A stretch of 64,000 nucleotides of DNA, taken from NCBI GenBank assembly GCA_021731085.1, contig JAKFYB010000013.1, forward strand, positions 88,125-152,124, read 5' to 3'. Below, piece by piece: positions 58,400 to 64,000 of the stretch. Every line of letters starts with the position of its first letter. Within the stretch, counting starts at the first letter, position 1. The notes beneath the pieces were generated by a model. That model was not told where the DNA came from. It searched no databases and saw only the letters and a program-made list of their open reading frames with translations. Origin of the DNA: Dehalococcoidia bacterium (GTDB taxonomy: Bacteria; Chloroflexota; Dehalococcoidia; DSTF01; JACRBR01). A program made the position numbers and the translations under genes.

Positions 58400-60871
58400 A
58401 TGCCTGAGATTGGTTTGCAAACCGCGCTAGAAATGATCGTCCAGTCCCACGATTCGGGCCGAAGGCATTGCTTCGTTGTGGGTTCGGGCCTCTCAGCTCC
58501 TATCGTTCCCGGAGCGCGCACGATTATCGATGAGTGTGGGCGGAGGGCACCGGTTTCCGACGAGACCACAATTCCGAGCGACCCGATGGAGCAATACTCC
58601 TTCTGGATGCGCAGGGCATTTCCAAGTCCCGCCTTGCGCGGGGAATACCTCGCTGAACTCATCCGTGGAAAGCCCATCTCGGCTGCTAACCTTCGACTCG
58701 CGCACCTTGTCACTGGATCCGACTTCGGCAGAATCGTGATCACGCCAAACTTCGACGACTTTTTCACGCGCGCCGTCGCGCTATTCGGGGGCCAGCCAAT
58801 TGTGTGTGACCATCCCTTCACCACGGGACGGGTTTCAATGGCCTTGTCGTCGACAGAGATTCAAGTAGTTCATGTGCACGGGACCCATTGGTTCTACGAC
58901 GCGTGCAACCTCGACCATGAAATCGTAGCTCGCGGGACTTGGGACGCCCAGACTCCGACCATGCTCGACCTTCTGCAAAACATCTTCCGGGAGCGTGCTC
59001 CTCTTGTCATAGGTTACAGCGGGTGGGAAAGTGACGTCGTCATGAAAGCCCTACGACACCAACTCAGCGTCAGGGGTTTCCCGGACAACTGTTACTGGTT
59101 CTGTCACAATCGAGATGACCGCGCCCGCCTTCCAGATTGGCTAACGAGCGATCCGAATGTTTATCTGGTACTGCCCGATAGAGAGGTTTCGAAGTCCTCC
59201 CGAACTGACTCTTCTCTTCCACCAGCAGCAGCAGCTACAGCTCCAGCGGCCCTAGTCGACGGGTCAGGTGGAGAGTCTGTTGACGAAGACGAGTCAGCTT
59301 CCTCGGTGCTCGACGATGTCGACTCCGGAGCCAAGCCGACACTAAGCGCTCAGGCAGTGTTGGATGGACTGCTACAGAGTCTCTCTGTACCGATTCCTCG
59401 GTTGCTCGACGATCCGATCGCCGCCTTAGCAGACCGGCTGGCGAATGAACTAGCGCCCTCCGAGTCGCCGATCGACGACCTATATCGAATTTCATCCGTC
59501 GTTGAGAAGATCCGATCGGCGGCGGCGTGCTATGACCAGCCCGGCGGCGACTCCGACCCACTGGAGCCAATACGAGCCTCGCTCAGGAGTCTCGACTACT
59601 CAGGCGTGATTCAATCGATTTCGAACCTCGAACGCAACGATCTAACCCAAGAACAAAAGAGGGAGATTGTCGAGATAGCCCTCGCTGCCAGCAGGGCAAT
59701 TTCGGGCCCTTCTGAAAGCGAGTTACCCGGCTATGATCTCGTGGTCTCCTACGGCGATGAGATCGCCAAAGACGATCCGACGGTTCAAGACCGCGTTGCT
59801 ACCGCCATTTACCTGAAAGGCCTGGCGTTGTCTTTGTTGGATCGTGACGACGAAGCACTCCAGACACTTGATGATTTCCTAGAACGCTACAGCACCGTCC
59901 CGGCTCAGGCCCGTTCCACAGCCGTCGCAATGAACGTAAAGGCGGGTATTGTTCAGTCACTAGGTGAACCCGAGGAGGCGCTGCGTATCGTCGATGACAT
60001 CGTCGAGCGCTTCGGGGGTACGTCCGACCCGGGTGTGCTTGCCCACGTCGCCCACGCCATGAGCGCCCGAGCCCGCTATCTCGGCTCGAACCAACTGGAT
60101 CAGGCACTAGAGGCCTTTGCCGCATTGGACGAGCGTTTCGGCTCGTCGGAAGAAACGGAAATACGGATTGAGGTCGCCCGTGCTCTCGTCGCAAAGGCCT
60201 ACTTACTTTCATCCTCTGGACAGCTAGAAAGCGCGATCGAAGTCTGTGACCGTGTAATCGCGGACTTTTCACAGGATCGAGACGAAAAATTGCGCGCTGC
60301 GGTTGCAACGGCGGGATATCGAAAAGGAGCAAGCCTCGGAGGCCTATCCCGCAATGAGGAGGCCGTCGCCGCGTACGAGTGGGTCATTACCCATTTTGGC
60401 GAGGACACGAACGAAGAAATCGTCGAGAGTGTAGCCGCTGCACTCTTTGGCAAGGCGTATCGCCTTAGTCGCCTCAAAAAATCCGAGGCTGCAGTCGAAA
60501 CCTACGACGAACTCGTGGACCGCTATGGCGAGACATCTGACGAGACCATTCTCGTGATTGTCTCCAAAGCACTTGGTAACAAGGGGAGCCAGCTCCAGAA
60601 GCTTGGCGACGAGGAGGCGGCTCTCGATTCATACGGCCTTGTGGTCGAGCGCTTTCTGAATAGCGCACACAGCAATTTGCGCAGTCACGCGGCAAAGATT
60701 TCAAATCGCCGGGCTGCATTACTGAACAAGATGGGGCGCCCGCTGGAGGCGGCCACGCAATACAGTCTGGTCGCCAACTTGGATGAGGACAGATCCCCCA
60801 GAACGATGAAGGCCGAGATTGCTAAAGCGCGCTTGGAGCTGGAAGAAATCGACAGCGCTGACGAAGAGTGA
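58400..60871 (+). CDS. SIR2-domain protein with C-terminal TPR-like helical repeats (DSR-like candidate anti-phage protein)
   Basis: N-terminal SIR2-like motifs FVVGSGLS, ITPNFDDFF (catalytic Asn), VVHVHGTHW (His). Acidic linker. ~7 degenerate ~40-aa helical repeats (..EEAL..YD.VV.RFG..D..I..VA.AL..KG..). No P-loop. 27 bp after int. Confidence 0.65.
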   Translation: MPEIGLQTALEMIVQSHDSGRRHCFVVGSGLSAPIVPGARTIIDECGRRAPVSDETTIPSDPMEQYSFWMRRAFPSPALRGEYLAELIRGKPISAANLRLAHLVTGSDFGRIVITPNFDDFFTRAVALFGGQPIVCDHPFTTGRVSMALSSTEIQVVHVHGTHWFYDACNLDHEIVARGTWDAQTPTMLDLLQNIFRERAPLVIGYSGWESDVVMKALRHQLSVRGFPDNCYWFCHNRDDRARLPDWLTSDPNVYLVLPDREVSKSSRTDSSLPPAAAATAPAALVDGSGGESVDEDESASSVLDDVDSGAKPTLSAQAVLDGLLQSLSVPIPRLLDDPIAALADRLANELAPSESPIDDLYRISSVVEKIRSAAACYDQPGGDSDPLEPIRASLRSLDYSGVIQSISNLERNDLTQEQKREIVEIALAASRAISGPSESELPGYDLVVSYGDEIAKDDPTVQDRVATAIYLKGLALSLLDRDDEALQTLDDFLERYSTVPAQARSTAVAMNVKAGIVQSLGEPEEALRIVDDIVERFGGTSDPGVLAHVAHAMSARARYLGSNQLDQALEAFAALDERFGSSEETEIRIEVARALVAKAYLLSSSGQLESAIEVCDRVIADFSQDRDEKLRAAVATAGYRKGASLGGLSRNEEAVAAYEWVITHFGEDTNEEIVESVAAALFGKAYRLSRLKKSEAAVETYDELVDRYGETSDETILVIVSKALGNKGSQLQKLGDEEAALDSYGLVVERFLNSAHSNLRSHAAKISNRRAALLNKMGRPLEAATQYSLVANLDEDRSPRTMKAEIAKARLELEEIDSADEE

Positions 60872-60925
60872 GTAACCTACCAACCTCACGCAGGGTGGAC
60901 CACTAGGAATATTTCGTCCTCTAAG

Positions 60926-60954
60926 GGGGTTGCGCGAAAGAATCGCACAACCCC
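60926..60954. terminator. hairpin downstream of the SIR2 gene
   Basis: gggggttgcgcg-aaagaat-cgcacaacccc, ~10-bp imperfect stem; no T-run, as expected in a high-GC genome. Confidence 0.35.
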
Positions 60955-60983
60955 GTCGTCTCAGGGTCTGGTCTTGGAACCCG

Positions 60984-61062
60984 CTGTCAAGAGGTATCCG
61001 TTACGGTGCTCCGCCCCCGTCCCACCGCACCGCTCCGCCGTAACAAACCCTCCCCTTGACAG
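60984..61062. other. long imperfect inverted repeat between the convergent SIR2 gene and the hypothetical gene
   Basis: Outer arms ctgtcaagagg / cctccccttgacag, inner arms ccgttacgg / ccgtaac. Confidence 0.3.
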
Positions 61063-61386
61063 CTAGTCTTTGAAGCCCGAAGGAAAGTCTTTGGTAGGCA
61101 CTGGATCGCCAGGTCGCCCTAATCGAACGACCATCTCGAAGTCTGGAGGGTAGCGGCGCCGGACTCCCGGCCCGTTGGTCGTAATTCGACAGCTCCCACA
61201 ACGTGAGCAACGATAGACGAACAAGGCGCGGTCAAACGGCTCTAGTTCCATCCAGTCGTAGAACAGGTTTAGAGCCCCTATGGCGTCCTCGCGGGACAAC
61301 ATATTCCAGTTGTGTTTGTCATCGCCCTTCATTCGACTCGGTGGAGCTCCTAAACAGCCCGCATCCTTCGTCCATGGTTCAAACAT
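61063..61386 (-). CDS. hypothetical protein (Cys-containing)
   Basis: 107 aa, CSRCGSC motif; codon usage consistent with the island. Confidence 0.3.
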   Translation of the reverse strand: MFEPWTKDAGCLGAPPSRMKGDDKHNWNMLSREDAIGALNLFYDWMELEPFDRALFVYRCSRCGSCRITTNGPGVRRRYPPDFEMVVRLGRPGDPVPTKDFPSGFKD

Positions 61387-61548
61387 CTACTCGCTCCCTC
61401 CCTCGCGTCGTTTTGCGGTCTGTCTCCTGACCCAATCATCAAACTCGCGCCACGGTTCATCCATCCCCACAGCGATCGCGGTACCACCCCCGTACTCCCA
61501 AGGCGATATCGAGACGTGCGACGGTGAGCCGCTCACCGAGAGCACCAG

Positions 61549-62277
61549 CTACGTGCCTCCCGGCCACCTTCCCAAGAAGGGATGCCAGAACCTCAGGTCG
61601 CGCCAGTGCTTGGAACACGACCATACACGCCGACCGCTAGGCCAAAGCTCGGAGTCCTTAAGCATGTACTTTGCAAAATATGCACAACCTCCGCTAATGT
61701 TGCGGAGCCTTCGAACATCCACGATCTTCCCGAAGCCGGCTTGGACGGCCAATCGGCGCAAGACAGCGACAGGAAGCCACTCAAGACCCGCGATCGCGTT
61801 GTGATAGTGGATTGCCCCGCGTGACTGGAGCTCACCGACGCGAAAGAACTCGATCCTTGCTGCCGGGTATTTGCGTCGGAGAAGCGTGATGAAGTGGTTC
61901 CACCTTTTCGCTGCGCCGACGTTCCATGCCTCGATGGCCTCAGCGGTCGTCAACCCCCCGCCAGTGCCAGGTGCCGTAAGCGTGACGAATAGCACCGAAT
62001 TGGGACGAGCCTTCAACCCGGCAAGCAGTGATGCCTTCGTGCGCTTGAGCCAGTGATTTGGCCCGCAATGCGGGCATCGGCGGCGCTTGCACGGGAGCAC
62101 TAACTCGTCCCCGACACTCGAACCAGCGGGCCGCATGGTAATCGGCACTGCATACTGTGCCGCGAGAGCCATCGCCTTACGATTGCGGCGGGCGTTCAAC
62201 ACTCGTCTCATCCGAATCGGCGTAGGACAAGCACCAGACCCGTCAAACCCGCTGTGGAGTTGTTCTACCGGTATCAA
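61549..62277 (-). CDS. rolling-circle replication initiator (HUH endonuclease, RepSA/Rep_trans-like)
   Basis: HUH motif GAIHYHNAI; catalytic Tyr motif AYFAKYMLK; TTG start. Confidence 0.55.
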   Translation of the reverse strand: MIPVEQLHSGFDGSGACPTPIRMRRVLNARRNRKAMALAAQYAVPITMRPAGSSVGDELVLPCKRRRCPHCGPNHWLKRTKASLLAGLKARPNSVLFVTLTAPGTGGGLTTAEAIEAWNVGAAKRWNHFITLLRRKYPAARIEFFRVGELQSRGAIHYHNAIAGLEWLPVAVLRRLAVQAGFGKIVDVRRLRNISGGCAYFAKYMLKDSELWPSGRRVWSCSKHWRDLRFWHPFLGRWPGGT

Positions 62278-62564
62278 GGGAAGCCTCGATCCGGCCCGCG
62301 CTTCCGCGCACGCGCCTGCGCCGACTTGAGCGCCAAACGCGCATAGAACGCCTTGCGCGCCGAGGCGGCACGCTGCGCCCGCTCCGCGGGAGGCAGCGTG
62401 CCATCCGGATCGACCTCGCGTTCGAAGCGTGAGTCTGCGGCGGCGCGTGCGGCAGCGGTTGCGGCTGAGCGGTCAGAAGTGAACGCCCACTTTGTGTGCG
62501 CGGCTAGACGAGCTTGGAGGGATCGAAGGTTTGGGGACGCGGACGACACACAGCACCTGTGCAT
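62274..62564 (-). CDS. small Ala/Arg-rich ORF translationally coupled to rep
   Basis: Its stop TGA overlaps the rep TTG start. Composition is low-complexity, so weak. Confidence 0.25.
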   Translation of the reverse strand: MHRCCVSSASPNLRSLQARLAAHTKWAFTSDRSAATAAARAAADSRFEREVDPDGTLPPAERAQRAASARKAFYARLALKSAQARARKRGPDRGFP

Positions 62565-62709
62565 TCGTCCGCAGTGATGGTTCAGCGGTAAGGTGGACGC
62601 CGTCGCTTAGTTACCTAATCCGATCGTCGTGACGCACACCCTATTCGTTTCGGGTACGCTACCACATCGAACATAGGTTCGCAAATGGCAATTTGGAGCA
62701 AACAAGAAA

Positions 62710-63804
62710 ATGAAATGGAAATTCTGGGAAAGGGAGCCGGTCCCGAGTCCTCTTGTATCTGCTGAGAATATCGACCTACGGGATCTAATCTACTTCGACG
62801 TAGAGCGCGTGGCGTCTATTTACAGTCAGCTACGCGGCGGCCTTGTCAGGGAAATACAGGACGCTGTCGAATCCACGGGAGAACTTCGCGGTAGCCTGAC
62901 GGTTGATGCCAAGCTTCTCAAGACGGAACACGGCTCAACCGTAGCCGAAAGAGTGTCCCGCCTTGAATCCAAAGTGTTTCATCATGACCTTCTCGTCCGC
63001 GTTGAAGACGACCTTTCCGCCCGCGGGTTATTGCTCGACCTGCATGAATCGATGGTCCCTGACAACGCAGATCAGGCGCGACACAGGATTACCGCCAGGC
63101 CATATGTCAGATCGGAGGGGCTGGTTGTCATTGATGACTACTCTGGTCTCCAGTCGATCGCGCGAAACTTCAATTCTCTCGCAGCATTCATTCAACGCTG
63201 CGGCCTCAGCAACTTCGAGCAGTCGGATGCGTATCGAGAACTGACGGAAATCGTCAGTTCTCTTGAGCGCAACGCATCGACCGCAAAGGGACCCGAGCGA
63301 CAACAAGCGAGGGATGAGCTCCGAGCGAACCAGGAAGCACTAGCCGCGCTTCGGCAGGCGGCTGCACCACTCAACACAGTCGATCAGTGGCTAATTGATG
63401 GCATCATCGCTTGGATCGATGCGTTTCTCACCGATCACATCGCACTCCGCGTCTTTCCCTTTGAAGAGCTACCAGAATTTTCTATCTTCGCAAAGCTCAA
63501 GCGTGACTGTTTCACTGATGACGGACTATCGAGCGCACGATATGCCTACGGCTCGCGCCCAAACGTTAAGTTGACCGTCCTCGGATTGGTCACCTCGCTA
63601 CCGCCCGTGGCGCCGATGGATCGAGATCCCCGCTCGACCGCTCCGACTAGCGACGTACTCACCGAACAACAGACATTCGGCAAAGCGTTCGAGAGCATAT
63701 TCGATGCACTGGATGGGCTGGAGCAATTTTCCCGCTGGTCAGACCACTATCCAAATGCAGGAATCTATCCACTCGCGGTTTATCGAAGCATTCGTCGTCA
63801 ATAG
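62710..63804 (+). CDS. hypothetical protein (364 aa), island cargo of unknown function
   Basis: Clean ORF with visibly lower G+C than the chromosome. No domain recognised by inspection. Last gene before the right-end repeat. Confidence 0.5.
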   Translation: MKWKFWEREPVPSPLVSAENIDLRDLIYFDVERVASIYSQLRGGLVREIQDAVESTGELRGSLTVDAKLLKTEHGSTVAERVSRLESKVFHHDLLVRVEDDLSARGLLLDLHESMVPDNADQARHRITARPYVRSEGLVVIDDYSGLQSIARNFNSLAAFIQRCGLSNFEQSDAYRELTEIVSSLERNASTAKGPERQQARDELRANQEALAALRQAAAPLNTVDQWLIDGIIAWIDAFLTDHIALRVFPFEELPEFSIFAKLKRDCFTDDGLSSARYAYGSRPNVKLTVLGLVTSLPPVAPMDRDPRSTAPTSDVLTEQQTFGKAFESIFDALDGLEQFSRWSDHYPNAGIYPLAVYRSIRRQ

Positions 63805-63847
63805 CCCGTACTGGTACAGAATCGCAGATAACTTCGGGTTTTTCGCT

Positions 63848-63878
63848 ACATAGCGCAGAAGTGGGAGCACTGCGCTAG
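63848..63878. repeat. inverted repeat TAGCGCAG-N11-CTGCGCTA next to attR
   Basis: Perfect 8-bp arms; candidate integrase/excisionase binding site. Confidence 0.3.
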
Positions 63879-63889
63879 CGCTGGAGTAG

Positions 63890-63929
63890 CCCCCAGTCAG
63901 GTGCGCTACCGGGCTGCGCCACACCCCGA
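63890..63929. repeat. attR-side 40-bp direct repeat (displaced partial tRNA-Pro 5' half)
   Basis: Identical 40-mer; diverges immediately on both sides. Confidence 0.9.
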
Positions 63930-64000
63930 ACCGACCACGATCATATCACGGGCCGGGGGTCGGTCGTTAGTCGTTGAGGATTGGGCCCTGAGCCCCTTAG

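Larger units (their letters stand above)
57283..63929. mobile_element. integrated genomic island / minimal integrative element at tRNA-Pro (int, SIR2-TPR, rep, cargo), no conjugation genes
   Basis: Bounded by identical 40-bp direct repeats covering tRNA positions 1-38. Integrase abuts the tRNA. Lower G+C than flanks. HUH Rep present. Confidence 0.75.

Noticed and set aside
61280-61804. 174-aa plus-strand ORF
   Set aside because: Ser-rich antisense of the Rep gene.

Overview
High-G+C bacterial chromosome segment. The F420-type enzymes, an AICE-like Rep and pervasive ATGA/GTGA start-stop overlaps suggest Actinobacteria or Chloroflexi-like; this is an inference. About 60 protein genes are densely packed on both strands, mostly accessory or metabolic: folP (partial), SDR, a MazG/YabN fusion, biotin carboxylase + BCCP, uvrA, ppk1, two MFS transporters, tandem epoxide hydrolases, F420-dependent enzymes (LLM, PPOX, DUF385), aldo-keto reductase and a GT4 glycosyltransferase. 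One tRNA-Pro(GGG) is present; no rRNA or CRISPR array was seen. Noteworthy content: (1) a ~6.6 kb integrated element at tRNA-Pro (57283..63929), bounded by perfect 40-bp direct repeats, carrying a tyrosine integrase, an HUH rolling-circle Rep, an 823-aa SIR2-domain protein with C-terminal TPR-like repeats (DSR-like candidate anti-phage effector) and uncharacterised lower-GC cargo. (2) A KamB/NpmA-family 16S rRNA m1A1408 methyltransferase homologue apparently co-operonic with biotin carboxylase/BCCP and a GNAT. (3) An Eis-like acetyltransferase next to two tandem APH/EcKL-like kinases. (4) A secreted two-cohesin-like-repeat + dockerin protein beside a membrane-anchored DUF4185 protein. (5) A 2024-aa sensor kinase with ~9 GAF domains plus a LuxR-type response regulator and an orphan receiver. 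(6) Two ClbS/DfsB paralogues flanking a low-GC hypothetical gene. Several long arginine/alanine-rich antisense ORFs in the six-frame track are high-GC artefacts and were rejected.
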